Source of the DNA: Lama glama | Taxonomy: Eukaryota | Length of the DNA: 64,000 nt | Assembly (NCBI GenBank): GCA_028534125.1 | Contig: CM052817.1 | Span: forward strand, 7,752,001 to 7,816,000 | Reading direction: 5' to 3' | Shown: positions 50,561-63,800 of the stretch, one piece after another | How the letters are laid out: every line of letters begins with the position of its first letter | Numbering within the stretch: the first letter of the stretch is position 1 | The notes under the pieces: model-generated | Seen by the model: the letters and a program-made list of their open reading frames with translations, nothing else | Told to the model about the DNA's origin: nothing | Databases searched by the model: none | Made by a program: the position numbers and the translations under genes

Positions 50561-52499
50561 TATGTTTTCCTGAAGAAAGATAATCAGGACCATGGGTCTT
50601 GCTAGAGAGGAGGGGGACAGGAGATGAGAACAATGGAAGATGAAAGGCTGTCCACTCCCCAGCCAACCCAGTGAACTGAATCGTAACACCTACGAAAAAG
50701 GTAGCTGAAGCCAGAAAGCTAAGAGGCTGTTGAGGGGATTTTATGAGATCTCAATGTGCTATTCCAAGGTCGGTGGCAAAGAAGGACCCAGAGCTGGAAA
50801 GAGGGCATTCCCACCTTGCAGAGTTGCCACTAGCAGAGTTTTATGCAATGACAGTAACTAGGGCAGCTAGTCTTGCTACAACTAACAAAGGTGACATTGA
50901 TCACCATGGATGGGAGGGTCGGGGGGTCAATTTAACCATTCCATTAAATATTATCATATTTATTCCATTTGAAATCACTCTTACTTCATACTTTGACAAC
51001 CATTTTGAAACATTTTGGGAGATGCAGGGAAGACATGGGCATCAGGGTCAGACAGATCCAAATTCCAACAAGCTCTATGAGGATATTTATTACCTACAAC
51101 ACTGTCAGCAAATCACCCAACTTCTCTGAGCTTTACTGCTTTTATCTGTGAAAATAATATCACACACTTCCACTGCTCATTAACTGAAGTATAATACATC
51201 AGCTATGTTCTATATGGCATGTTCTAATGAACTAATCCTCACGATACCCTCTGAGGTAGGTACTGCTGTCATCTTCATTTTATGCCTTCTTGAAGAAGCT
51301 CACAGAATTACATAATCTGCTTACGGTCACAAAGCTAGCAAATGGTGGGGCTCAGTTACAGACCCAGATAATCAGGATATGGATTTGTGTCGGAGTCTGA
51401 AGATTCGACTGGTCTCTAGCACATATTAGGGTCAGTGAGGACCACTCTGGATCAGGTAAAAACAATACATGGGACACTGGTAGATGCTTAATGCTGGGTT
51501 GGGATTAGGAGAGGATGCCTCTGTCTTGTGACCCAGCATTACTTACGATTAGGCAGTCTGTTTGCCTGTCTCACTAAGCCGTGTCCACCAGTCTTATCAC
51601 TTATCAATCAATGGGTGATATTTTAACCCTATTTGCCTTGTTCTTTTATCATATTTCTCAACCCAGATAGTGAAACCAGAGTGGGGTGGGGGAGCTCCTA
51701 ACCCATCTCTCGAACCCCAGTACTTCCTCCCAGCTTTCGTTTTTCTGTAATGGGCTATGAGACTTCCTCTGCATTGTATACCTCATTCCAAACTTCTTCA
51801 GATGCTTGGAAGGGAAAAGATGGCTTGTAGGCAAAATGAAGGTAATTTCATTTGAAGGTTACTTGTTTCAAGGCAACATCTTGTCCTTCTGAGTCACTTC
51901 TTTCAAACTTTCTTCCAGGAATTAGCTAAGCCAGGATTGCCCTTGCCTAGCCTATGCTGGCCAACATACACATCTCATTGAAGAAGGAGAAAACTGTCCA
52001 AGTCACCATGAATTCAGAAGAGCTGCTACCAAGATGATTCAAGCAGAGATATTTAAAATAGACTCAACCTCACAGGGCTTTTCTGAGCTCACATCATTCA
52101 AACCTGAGCGAGGCCATTTCATTAATGTTGTCACTGAGATCTCACACAGCGTTATCACACTCTGTCCTTCCCGTCCTGAGGACGGATCTAGTTCTTGGAC
52201 TGGAAATCAAGACTCCAGCTCCCTCAGTGAGCTGCTGATGTTTGATTTGTTCTCCAGCCTCACTCTTCCTGCTCTGCCAAATTGAGTGAAATATTTCCCC
52301 CACTGTCCCTAAGGCCATTATAGCAATAGGGTGGGTCAGACTGACACATATAAATGTATATTTTTTTGAGAGGAGCTGAATTTGGAAATGCAAAAAAAAA
52401 AAAAAAAAGACTGCAATGCAACCAGATGAATCCCATTCACAGAAAGATTCAGACCAGGAAATTAAATTTTATCCCTACTCAGTGTGGTTTCTGGATCTA

Positions 52500-53150
52500 A
52501 CTTCATTCATTCATTCATTCCACGAATATTTACTGTGTGCCAAGGAGGGTATTTAGTGCCAAGAATACAAAATTCTTTCTCCAAAAGAGTTTACAGTATA
52601 GAGGGGTTAACACACAAGTAAGTCAGCGAGTATGTAATCATAGATGGTCAATCATAATACACTCAACCCCTGAACAGTGCCAAAGTTCGAGGTGAAGACC
52701 CTCCACACAGTTAAAAGCCTGAAAGTCTGCATGTAATTCGTAGTTGGCCCTCCACATAGATGGTTCCTCTGGTGTCCTCGGATTTGCATTTGCGGATTCA
52801 ATCAACCGCCGATCATGCAGTAGTGTAGCATCTACTACTGAAAAACAGCTGTGCATAAATGGACACACGCAGTTCAAATGCATGTCCAAGGGTCAACTGT
52901 ACTTCGTGCACTGAACATGTAACACATGATAGACAAGAGAGAGGGCAGAGTGTTCTGGGAATGGAAAAGTGGCACCTAACCCAGACCTGAGGGAAGGAAA
53001 TGATTTCAGGTGAGAAGACCTTTGAATGGAGCATTAGAATGCCTAAGGGTTGACCAGTCGGAAGAGAAAAGGAGGTTCCCATTTAAGAGAACATGTCCAA
53101 ATGGCAAGATTATGTCTGAGGAACTGTATGAAAATGTCATGACTAGAGAG
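52500..53150 (-). mobile_element. L2 LINE 3' part, interrupted by a Tigger MITE
   Basis: (TTCA)n tail then atatttactgtgtgcca; resumes after 52901 with ggcacctaacccagacctgagggaagg. Confidence 0.75.
52660..52899. mobile_element. TcMar-Tigger MITE (Tigger2a-like)
   Basis: Degenerate TIRs cactcaacccctgaaca and tgtccaagggtcaactg, flanked by TA at 52658-52659 and 52900-52901; internal tgcggattcaatcaaccgc. Confidence 0.85.
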
Positions 53151-54699
53151 AACTGCACATGAACGGGCTTATCCTCCATCCGACATTTGGCACTATTTGG
53201 CAAAATACTATATAGTAGTTTCAAACGGTACAGAAAAACAGATTTAGTTATTGACCTAAGAAAGACCACCATTTTGTTGGGATAGATTATTTCATGAGTG
53301 AAATAATACTTACCAAGAAACATATAAAAGGGGAAACCGGACAGCTATTCATAACTGGAACTGGGATTCTCAGAATTCTTTGGGAAATGAGATAATTTTA
53401 TTAATTGAGTTTTTCTGGTGAATTACTCACTTCTTTTCATCAGTATTCCTAAAATGCCTTCTTAAAAATTGATACAATCTCCTACCTCAAATATATAAAG
53501 AACTTAGGATGATGCCTGGTAAAAATAAGCATCACCTGGCAGTGGCAGTAGCGGCAGCAGTGGCGGACAGGATCTCCAATGGCCACAGCAGGAGGGCGGG
53601 CAGAAGCTCCGGCAGGAGCAGAGCTACACCAGCAGCAGCAGTTCCAGTGGCATTAGTACTAGTAGTGAGAATAACATACAAGCAAATATAATTTTGCCTT
53701 GTTGGCCCTAAAACATGCAAAAGCTTAGAGTCCTTATTAAAAGTAGCAATTCTCTTTGCCCAGGTGTGTAATGGATGCTATGGGAGACTGTAACCTAATC
53801 AGACAAGTTGAGTTTAAGAAACCTTAGAGATCAGGTACCTCAAGTGTAGTTTAAAAAAAAAAATCTCTGCTATCAACTCAATTGTCATCTCCTTCAGGCC
53901 TCCTTCACAGATTCCCTAATACTCTGTTTGTGGCAGAACGGTCACATCTTCCCTCTGCTCATTGAGCGCTTTCTGTATGAGCACTGGTCACTGTCATGAT
54001 TGCAGTGATTTCTGTCTTTTCCCTGGACAGTCGCCCTCTGAAGACTGTCATCCGTGTCCTGTTCATGTGGGTACTTCAGGCATTGGACAGAATACCTAGA
54101 TCATGGTAAACGTTCAATTAAAAATCGTTACATTTAACTGACTCTCTTTGTTATTTGTCTCTTCTACAGAGCATAAGGAAAGATAAAACTCAGGTAAAGG
54201 GTAAATTCAAATGAGTAGGCTCTGGTAAGTGAAGTTTCTACTCTTTTTAAAGGTGTGGGCTAATGAAATGAAGCCCACCTACAACAAACTTGGAAAACAT
54301 CACATCTCAGCACATAATCACACAGTCCTCATCACACGTTCACGCGAGCCCTGACAAAGTTGAGAGCTTCTTAGTGCTTTTAAAAAATATCAGAAATCAA
54401 TTGAAAGGAGAGAAAATCTCAACTTCAGTAAGAACGTCCTTCAGGTGTTGGCAGGGAAATGAACATGGGGTGTGGGGTCCTTCAGAGAGGGAACTCACGG
54501 AGGAAATACGTATCAAGTAAACCAACAGTTGCGGTAAAACAGGGCAAATTCACCAATAAAATGAAATAACTAAAATGTGCTGAATGCTCACTATGTGCCA
54601 GTAACTACCTAAAGAGCTATATGAACCCACCGTAGTCTCACAAAACCATGTATCAGAGAAGAAAATAGGGCTCAAGCTAGATAGTCCAACAGAAGGTAT

Positions 54700-55090
54700 T
54701 TAAGACAGAAACCTAGTTACAAATATACTGGGAAATCTGAGTAACTAAATCGAGAATGGTAAGGCAACCCAAAGATGAGCAGAAATATGAAGACACACAA
54801 CACCCTAGAGGAATGCAGGTGGGAGGGACACAGAAACAGGGTGAGAGAACCAGCGCTGAGGAGCCAGAGCAACAGAAGAAATTGGACCTACAATGGAGGC
54901 CACCCAGCAGGAGCTGGGACCAAGGAGGAGTGACTCCGACCACATGACTTCTCCCTTCCTTGGCCCTCCAATCTCTTTTCAGTGCCTACCATTGACTGAA
55001 CACTGTGAGAGGCAAGAGAGCCTGGGAAATAAGTTTTGAGAGGAAAGATGAGTAATGGATCTGAGACCAAACTAGTAAGTGATCAACACA
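54700..55090 (-). mobile_element. ERVL solo LTR (LTR33/40/41 group)
   Basis: cttttcagtgcctaccattgactgaac...atggatctgagaccaaac...atcaacaca resembles the antisense 5' end of this group. Confidence 0.55.
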
Positions 55091-55609
55091 AAACCTATGA
55101 GGTGGGTGCCACTGTAAGTATCATTGTACAGAAAAGGAAATGGAGTAGCAGGGAAATGAAATTACCTGCCTGAGATCAGAATCGAACTCCAGAGTCTGTG
55201 TTCTCATCCATTCTGCCACACAGCCACTTGTGGAGAAATAGTGGAGTCCAATGGGAATGTTAATTTAACTGGGGAGAGTGGGAAGACAGGGAGGGCAGGG
55301 GCAAGGACAGCCTCCCAGGAACCAGAGTAAACGGACCTTGTTCCAAGAACAGAATCACAGAAGTGATTCAAGCTCAGAGTATGTGTAGCCTCAGGAACTA
55401 GCAAACAGCACAGCACCTGGTACATTAAAGTGTTTAATAAATTAATATTTTGAGTTAATAAATAGATGAAAGGGCTCCTTAAGTTGAAGTGGGGGGTCTG
55501 GGGTAGAGAATATTTTGCAACCTCAAACCTAAGAGGGCTAACTCTCCTTTATTGAAGGGTTCTCTGCCCCTGTCAGACTAAGAAGGAAGAGAAGATGATG
55601 GGTAGATGA

Positions 55610-55840
55610 CGATGGCTAATGTTTACTGAGTCACTGTAGCATCATACAAGTGCATTGTGGGACTTATCTCATTTATTCCACAACAACCCAATGATATGGG
55701 GGCTATTACCTCCATCCTACAGATTAGGAAACTGAGGCTCCCAGAGTTATGTAATTTGCCCAGCAATTAGGTCAGCCAGTAATTAGGAGAGCCAATGGTC
55801 AAACCCAAGGCCTTCTAATTTAGATTAAGTCCTTCCTGCC
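55610..55840 (-). mobile_element. MIR SINE
   Basis: ttatctcatttattccacaacaaccc...acagattaggaaactgaggctcccagagttatgtaatttgccca. Confidence 0.85.
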
Positions 55841-57600
55841 TCAATTTGGATTGGCCAAGAAGCAACAGGGCGGACAGAGACAGCAAAGGGGAAGGGGAGG
55901 ATGCTTACTTAACCCATTTACAGAGAACTGAGGAAAAAAGGGGCAGAGGAGTGGGATTGCAAGTTGGCAGGAACCTAATAACAAAACGCAAAATTACTGA
56001 GATGCCAACAAAAATCCTTTTCAAATTCTCCCTTCGCAAAAGCAGTTCCACTTGTACTTTGATCTTTGACCTGGACCCATACAATTAATTCCACATCATA
56101 TTTCTGCATATTGCTCTCCAAGGAGAATCGAGTTTACACTTCCCCCCGATCCAAACCATAACAGTACTTAATTAGGTGATAATTTATGTAGTACTTAGCA
56201 TGAACTTTTGGCACTTGCTGGAGAAAGCTGTACAAGTGTACACATGTTATCACCTGACTACATCAAGTAACGGGGCCTGGGCATTGGTGAGGTGTCTTGG
56301 GCTTTACAAGGTATCAAATGACTTTTATAACCCTGTAGTACCTGGCTTTCTAGTAGGCAGAACTGTCTCCAGTGTGTATTAATATACTGAATATTATGCC
56401 CACATGCACTTAAAACACTGATTCTGAGCACTTCAAAACAACAAGGAGCCTAGAAAATCGGAGAAACAGATGTTGGATGAATAGTAGGCCTTCTCAGGGT
56501 CCATCATTCAACTTTAGGGAAACGGTGTGACAGCAGAAGGGAATGGTTCAGACCTACTCAGGGGAAAATAAATGGAACATTCTCTGCTGGCAGACACGGT
56601 CCGTGGTGATAAAGAGGCTCTGAACACTTGGCTCCAACCCTCATGTCCCAGCCTTGCTGACGAGCCTGACCTAGAAATGGTTCTTTTCTAGGCACCCCAT
56701 GAGGGCTAAGAAGGTCATGACAGTGTGGCCCCAACACGTTGCAGATGCTTACTTCAGCAATACATGTTTGTCAAGAGAAGGGAAAGCCTGAAAGATGGCA
56801 GATGCCTGGACTTCAGTGAGCATGCAAGCTTGAGTTCAAGGCCCTGGCAAGACAGAACCAGGGAGACTGTCTTCCAGTAGTTCCTGATTCTCATTATGCT
56901 CATGAACGAAAGAAGAGAGAAACATGAAGGGATATTATTTTGGCTCCTGGATGCTGCACTGCATCTGTCCTCTCTCTAAACTAGAATCAAATCATAAAGT
57001 ACAGTCACAGACTTGGTCCTCTTTTGCTGACTCTGGGGGAGAAACGAGATGGAAGAACACAGAACAAGGTCTGTATTCCATTATGAGCACCACTAGTTCG
57101 CTCCAGGCCCATGGTCCTCAGTGCATTAGACACAGTAGCTCATGTCTGAGACCCTAAGGCAGAAGGAAATCCACAAAGATGGCTCATGCCATCAGTCAGG
57201 ATCCACATATCCCATGACAGCTGTTCTCAGCAACTGCAGACCCCCTCCTTGAGTCCGTTCCCTTTCTGAGCCAGGTCCATTTGGCACCCCATCCTTAGGT
57301 CCATCTAGCTTGGGCCTTGCTCCAGCTTTATGGGTTGAAAATTTGACTTGCTTCCTGCAGCTCTGACTCTCTCCAGGCCCTAGGGAGCACTGTTCCTGGC
57401 TCCCCCCACTCCTGCTTGCCTTGTGGAGCCCACCACATCCTCGCACTGGCTCCTCAGCTCATCTGGCTCTCTGCTGGGGACCACCCTCCAGAAGCAGAGC
57501 TGTGGTCAAAAGGAAAGCAAGAAGAGGCTTAAAAAAAATTCAGTTACGAGATTAAAATAAACTGAACCCTAACCTCTTTCCCGTTCCTGGTATAGTTCAG

Positions 57601-57674
57601 TGAAAAATAGAAGTAATAAAAGTATTGAAAAATAGAAGTAATAGAAGATACTGAAAAATAGAATAGAAGATATT
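57601..57674. repeat. Short tandem repeat, three copies of a ~22-26-bp unit
   Basis: tgaaaaatagaagtaataaaagtat / tgaaaaatagaagtaatagaagatac / tgaaaaatagaatagaagatat. Confidence 0.8.
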
Positions 57675-57924
57675 AACCCTACACGAATAGTAGAAATCTA
57701 GTGTGGGTGTGAAATGCTATTGAAATCAAGTCTACAATAGTTTCACAAACCATATGCTTTCCACTCCAATAATTATTTTAACACTGAAAATCACTAAGAC
57801 ATTGTTCCGGGCAATGTGAGGAAAACAAAGATGAATAATGTGTACTGTCTTTATGGAGTTTACAGCTCAGCTCAAGAATTAAGATGTTAGTACTCTGGCT
57901 CCAGCAAATCTAAAATCACAGACA

Positions 57925-58480
57925 ACTGGGATCTCTGGGCTGGAAGACTTCTCAGAGATCACCCAGTCCAACAGCCTAGTCTGCCTCTGCTCGAACAACT
58001 CATGACTTTTTAGTTCAAAACATTTCATCTTTGAACAACTCTGGATGTGGAATATTTTTTTACATGAAACTGAAGTTTATCCATTTGGGACTTCTGCCAA
58101 TATGTTTACACTGGAGTCTCTTAGGAAAATCTCTAAGTATTCTCTATGTCATGCTGAGCATCAATTATTTAAAACGATTTGTCATCTCTACCCCTGTAAA
58201 AATTCTTCTCTTTTTCAGATGTGAGAATCATTTTTATGATACCTAGTTTTATGTCTCTTCATAATTATTCTGTTCACTTTTCTCTTAATTCTTTTCAAAT
58301 TGCCTACTCTTTTGAGAATATGAAACAATGCCAATGTATGAGATGTGGTTTAATTAAAGCAGGGAGGAATTGACTCTCACCTCTTTTTTCCTAAGGACTA
58401 TATTTTAGTGAGGCAGCATTCAGTATTTTGAGAGCCATATCATACATATGGCCCTTCACAGCAACTTAAATCCTTAAGAG
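57925..58480 (-). mobile_element. L3/CR1 LINE fragment
   Basis: gggctggaagacttctcagagatcacccagtccaac (antisense L3 3' end), cagcctagtctgcctctgctcgaaca and agatgtggttt motifs. Confidence 0.65.
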
Positions 58481-58819
58481 TGACCAGCGACGACGTGATT
58501 CATTTATCTCCATGGTTGGTTTGGAGAAGCCAGCCGTTTACCACAGAATAATGTACCTTGAGCCAACTGCTCCCGTTCGTCTTACTAATCCTGGATCCCC
58601 GTTCTCTCATCTACCCTTCCAATCTAGGCCACTCCCTTCCGTCAGATCTGGTGAGCCTATGTGTTTAGCAGATTTCCTACTGTTGATGTAAATGTTTGTG
58701 AAGACAGGGCTAAGGACAGTGCCCCAGGACACAGTGCAAGAAAATTCCCTCTGCTCTGGAAAAAATTTTGCCAGAATTCACCCCCTTTATAATACCAACA
58801 CCTCCACCACCCTCATCCA

Positions 58820-59500
58820 AGCTATCATCATCTTTCAACAGGATTAATGCGAAGGGAAAGCAAAACCCTTTCCCCTGCCTCCGCCCTTGCTCCCCACCCA
58901 CCACAGTCTATACTCAACACTACACCAGAGAGATCCTGTTAACACTGAGCCAGATCATACACTCTTCTGCTGTCAATCTTCTAACAGTCTCCCTTCTCAA
59001 TCTCAGTAAGAGTCAAAGCTTTTCAACAGCTGGCTAAGTGCACCATTCAGTCTCTCCCACCTCACTACTACCATGCTCATCTTCAAGGACTCAGCTCAGC
59101 CAGACTGGACTCCATGCTGATCCCCACACACACCAGGTAAGCTCTGTCCTTGGGGCCTTTGCACTTGCCCTTCCCTCTGGTCCTTCCACCAGATCCATGG
59201 GTCACTCCCTCACCATGTCAAGTCCTTTCAGTGCCCCCTGTTCACTGTCAATGACTCTGGCCAACCTACGAACACTCTCCTGGCACACCCTATCCCTGTT
59301 CCCTACTTCACTTCTCTCCATAGCTCATATCAATATCACCTTCTAACATAAAATCTAGCTCACATATTTTTCATGGTTGTTGACTACCTTGACTAGAATG
59401 TGAAATACTGAGGTGGGTTTTTACTGATGTCTCTCCAGTGCCCTGTGGCACCTGACCTGGGGTAGGTATCCAACACGTGTTAGCTGAATGAATGAATGAC
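58820..59500 (+). mobile_element. L2 LINE 3' part
   Basis: ccagagagatcctgttaacactgagccagatcat and ggggcctttgcacttgcccttccctctg; ends gctgaatgaatgaatga. Confidence 0.88.
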
Positions 59501-59908
59501 CCACTAGTGAGATGACCTAGTCGCTTACTTGTATTGACAGGTTTCCTTATGCCTTTATTTAGGGAGCAGGAGCATTCTTGGGCTGTGTGGGTTTGACTAC
59601 AAGGGAGTATTAAATAAGGATTTTTTAAACCTTGGGGCACTGGCTGACTCTTATACAAATTCTCCTTTTACTTTTAAGTTTTCTTTTTCTTACTTTGATG
59701 AAACTACTACTGGTTTTGTGTAACCACAGAAACAGAGCTATGGCTGGTATTTCATAGTTTATGTAGCTGATATTACATGATTTTCCCTACCCTGATATGT
59801 TTCTGGTAACTCGACTTTTTTCTCCTCTAAGAAGATGGCAGAAGAGCTCCTCTCCCTCCCTCATTTTCCTCCTCTCTCCCTCCCTCCATCTCTCTCTTCC
59901 TCTCTCTG

Positions 59909-59909
59909 T

Positions 59910-59938
<29 letters not shown>
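59909..59938. repeat. (CA)n microsatellite preceded by a CT-rich tract
   Basis: Directly visible. Confidence 0.95.
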
Positions 59939-59940
<2 letters not shown>

Positions 59941-61544
59941 CTGCAGATATGCCAAACAGCATTTCTGAATGTGGTCATTCTGCCAACAGTTTTTCTGCAT
60001 AGCTGTATTACCATCCCTTTCTCGAATGCACTTCATCCACTTCAGATGGGAGAATAACATGAAGACCCAAAGCCGATGCTCCATTTCAGAACACCCGCTA
60101 TGTTCCCTTCAAAACAGTCCAGTGAGCCCATCAAACAGGGAAGTGAGATGAATTCAATGTGATCTCTTTTATAAAACAATTTTGTTTTCCAGAGAGATGG
60201 TGTGGGTGCTTGTCAGCAGACATTCCTGGTTTCCATGTTATTTTACCATTTGTTAATTTGTAAATTCTGAATGAGACACGGCATCTGTCTAAGCCTCAGG
60301 TAAACAGGATTAATATCAATTATTTGTGCCAGGCTGTGTGCTAGATGCCAGTGATTAAAAAAAATCTAGTCCTTTCCCTCATAGGGTCCAAGTTTAGAGC
60401 AGAGAAGGCAGGACAGAGCACAGACACACCGAGTGGTAACAGTTCTGATCGGGGTATTTAGAAGGAGTTAGAGGGATGGAAAGGAGGGGAACACCCAGGT
60501 CTGGTTGAGTATGAAATCAGGAGCGGGCAGATACTGAGAGAGACTTTACAGGAAATGATGTGAGCAGAGAGATGATTTAGAGAGTTCACTCTAGCAGGAA
60601 AGCGAAGGACGCACTTAAGGTTGGCAAGGAGCGGGGAAGTCTCCAAGCAGGGTCTCAAAGCATTTTCTCAGACTCAGAGTTGCACATCTGTCCTTAAGCC
60701 ATGCAAGTAGCCCTCTTCTCATTAGCTCTCCCATCATGGCTGAAATGACCACCTTCCACCCTCAGCCTCAGCCCATGAAAGCTGCAGACACAGACGTCCA
60801 TTATGGGCTATCGCCTACACCCGAAATCCCACCCACAGACTTAGAGGCTTACCTTCCCTCAATGGCCTCATTAACCAGGCAGCACCTTGGAGAAGGCAAA
60901 GGAAAGGCCTCAGGCCAAATGTGTCCTGTACTTCATTCACTGAAATTTCATTTGTACATCAATTAAACCAGAGACCTAGAACCCCACAAGGAACAAAGAT
61001 GGCCTTATTTCCCATGCCTTCTGAATGACTGTCAATGTAAGTCTTTGTGCTGTCTACCCAAAAGGTCTCAGAGCCTGGAGATGTCGCCATAGGCTTTTAA
61101 TCTCCGTTTAAGAGCCAGCAACTGATTTAGGATAGAAGTTACAAGCAGGAGACTCATAATCAGGCACCTGGGCTTCAAGTTCCAGATCCACCACTTTCTA
61201 GCTAAACGACACAAGACAGATAGCTCAGCCTTCCTGGACATCACTGTCATTGTATGAAATTAGAGGGCAATGATGGTACCTACCCCACAGATGGTTCAAA
61301 TTGTACATAACATTGCATCCTGCCTGAAACACAGGAAATGCTCAATGAATATTAGTTAGTATTATTTATTTTATTATTTATTAGTTTATATTATTTGTTT
61401 CATTATTTATTAATTTTATATTTAATAGCTACTTTTAAAAAAATTACATATATCCCCTATTCTGGAGACTGTGCTGGATTTGAGAATTACAAAGAGAAGT
61501 GAGTTACTGTCCTTCCCCCCAAGTAGTTCAGAGTCCAGATGGTA

Positions 61545-62010
61545 CAGTATCAGCCACGATCAGGAGCAGGAAGCAGATGACACGTCCAGGAGGATTTGTG
61601 AGCAGACTTTGAAAAAGAAACCATTTACAGCAGTATGGTCAGGGCTGAAGAAAAGCACTCAGAGACTAACAACAGCAGGCAACTGTAACCACACATACGA
61701 TTGAAGGGGTAGGAGAAGAAACAGTGATGCTGGAGGGAGCCTGGCTGAGAACAGAGCCCTGCAAAGGGGTCGTCTGACACCGCCAGAAGCATCCTGAATC
61801 AGGGAGGGAGGGAAAGAAAGAAACGCATGGACCTCCATCTTTTCCTGCTCTCCTGTCTCCTCTCTGTGCCTCGCACTGTCTGAACTCGACCAGAAGGCAG
61901 AAAGCAAAGGAGCCTTGGTCGAGCAACTCTTTGAGACGACTTCCTGGGGCAGGGAAGAGGGAAAGGAGGGGGAGTGTATACAGTTAAGGGTGACAGAGAC
62001 TAACTGGCAC
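61545..62010 (-). mobile_element. ERVL solo LTR (LTR33/41 group)
   Basis: caggagcaggaagcagatgacac, ccatttacagcagtatggtcagggctgaag and cagaaggcagaaagcaaaggagcc motifs. Confidence 0.6.
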
Positions 62011-62276
62011 AGGAAACAAACCACAGTCATTTTACTAGACAGCAGTACTTGTGCCAATTTTGCATAAATCACCTCTTAAGAGTCAAAACAAAACTGAAAG
62101 TAAGGTATGTATTTTTCCCCACACTTCTCAGAAGGAGCTGAGGCTTCAGGAGATCAAGTGGCTTTTCCAGCTCTACGCTGTCTAGTCTAGTCTTGCTACT
62201 TGCCATACAGCAGGTGCACTTTCCATTAGGCTATAATGCCCTTTTCATCAATTAAACGAATAGTTACTGAGTTCCA

Positions 62277-62670
62277 TAGTAGAGACAGTCACATTCACCA
62301 AATATTGAGTCTTCTCCCTATATTTTCCATCCTCTTTGCACAGTTAGGTGTAACCATGAAGCTGGTTACGCCCAATAAATCATGAGTGGAAGTTACATGT
62401 ATCAGTTCCACATTGGGACCATGAAACGGCTACGCATAAATCTTGAGTCTCTCTCTTTCTTCCACTGACATGGCACTGAGGAGGTTATGAACTCTAGATC
62501 ATACAGCTAGGAGATGCACAAGCCTACTTCATCCTGAGTCCCTAAGTGACTATGTGGAGAAGTGCCTAATGACACATTAACAAAAGTGAGACATAAACTA
62601 TTCTGTTAAGTCACTGAAATTTGGGTCGTTTGTTACTCAGCATTTCCTAGTCTCTCTCCTGACTAATATA
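62277..62670 (+). mobile_element. ERVL-MaLR solo LTR (MLT1J-like)
   Basis: cctctttgcacagttaggtgtaaccatg and gagtccctaagtgactatgtggag; ends tgttaagtcactgaaatttgggtcgtttgttactcagca...gactaatata. Confidence 0.8.
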
Positions 62671-63043
62671 TGTGCTAACTTTATGCCAACCTTTTTGTTT
62701 GTGCAGAAAGCACAATGGTAAACAATATCCCCTCCTACTCTTGGAGTTTCAGTTGACACCATATAGTAATTTCCTACAGCACTGGGTAGATAAGGAAGAA
62801 ATTATTTTGCAGGGAGTGAAAGGAATAATAAGACAGTTTAGCTGTCTTGAAGAACAAGTGGAACTTTGTTAGCAGACAAGGGACAGAGGTGAATTTTCTG
62901 GAAGAGAAATGGAACTGCAAATGCATGGAGATTTGCAAAGTCAGGTGGTGAGAAGCTGAAACATCCCGCCATTGAAGGGAATCTGAAAGTATATCAAGCT
63001 CTTAAATGATGGGGTCTAGATTACCCAATTGGGACCAGAGGGG

Positions 63044-63110
63044 AAAATGAAATGAAATGAAATGAAATAAAATAAAATAAAATAAAATAAAGTAAAGTAA
63101 AATGAAAAAA
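63044..63110. repeat. Compound pentanucleotide microsatellite (AAATG)n(AAATA)n(AAAGT)n
   Basis: Directly visible. Confidence 0.9.
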
Positions 63111-63399
63111 GAAGCTATTAAAGAACTGAATCGATTCTATTACAGAACCAAAGACTTCAGTGTTATCACATGGAAACCTAGAAATTGAAAGTGGGATTTG
63201 AGTGTGTTGAACTACACAAGCTGCTTCGAGGGTTTGCTGTTAGCAGTAGCAGAATAGTGGCGGCAGTGGTGGCTTTCTCCATAGAAGCAGCAGCAGTAAC
63301 AGCACTGACCGTGTGCCTGCATGTCATAAAAGACTTTCGTGCATTATTATTGTTTGTTCATTTAACAAGCTACGGGTCAAGCATCATTGCAATCACTTT

Positions 63400-63800
63400 C
63401 AAAATTATTGTGATTCAATTTTCTTAAAAACCCTAAAAGGAAGGTATTATTATTATTTTTTTAAATTTTTGTTTCACTTTTGCAGATAAAAGAAAGTAGG
63501 ACACAGAGAGGTTAAGTAACTTACCCAGGGTCACATGGCTAGAAAGTAGCAGAGCTGGTCCCAGGCAGTTTAACTTTAGACCTCATGCTTTCCTGAGCGT
63601 GTTGCTTTATGATTTCATTAAATCCTCACCATCAACCTGAGACAGGCATATTACAGTTGTTGTTATTATTATTCCCCCATTTTACAGATGAACAAATGTG
63701 TTCAAAGAGCACTGTCTTTGCTAGCATCCTATAACTAGTTTCTGTCAGAACCCAACCGCAAGACAGACCTACAGATTCCAGGGCCCATGCCCTTAGGTGG
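63400..63800 (-). mobile_element. Two tandem MIR SINE fragments
   Basis: cacagagaggttaagtaacttacccagggtcacatggctag, and a second core ttaaatcctcacc...ccccattttacagatgaacaaa. Confidence 0.8.

Noticed and set aside
57601..57674. CRISPR-like repeat array
   Set aside because: Contiguous tandem units with no unique spacers, in mammalian DNA with no cas genes.
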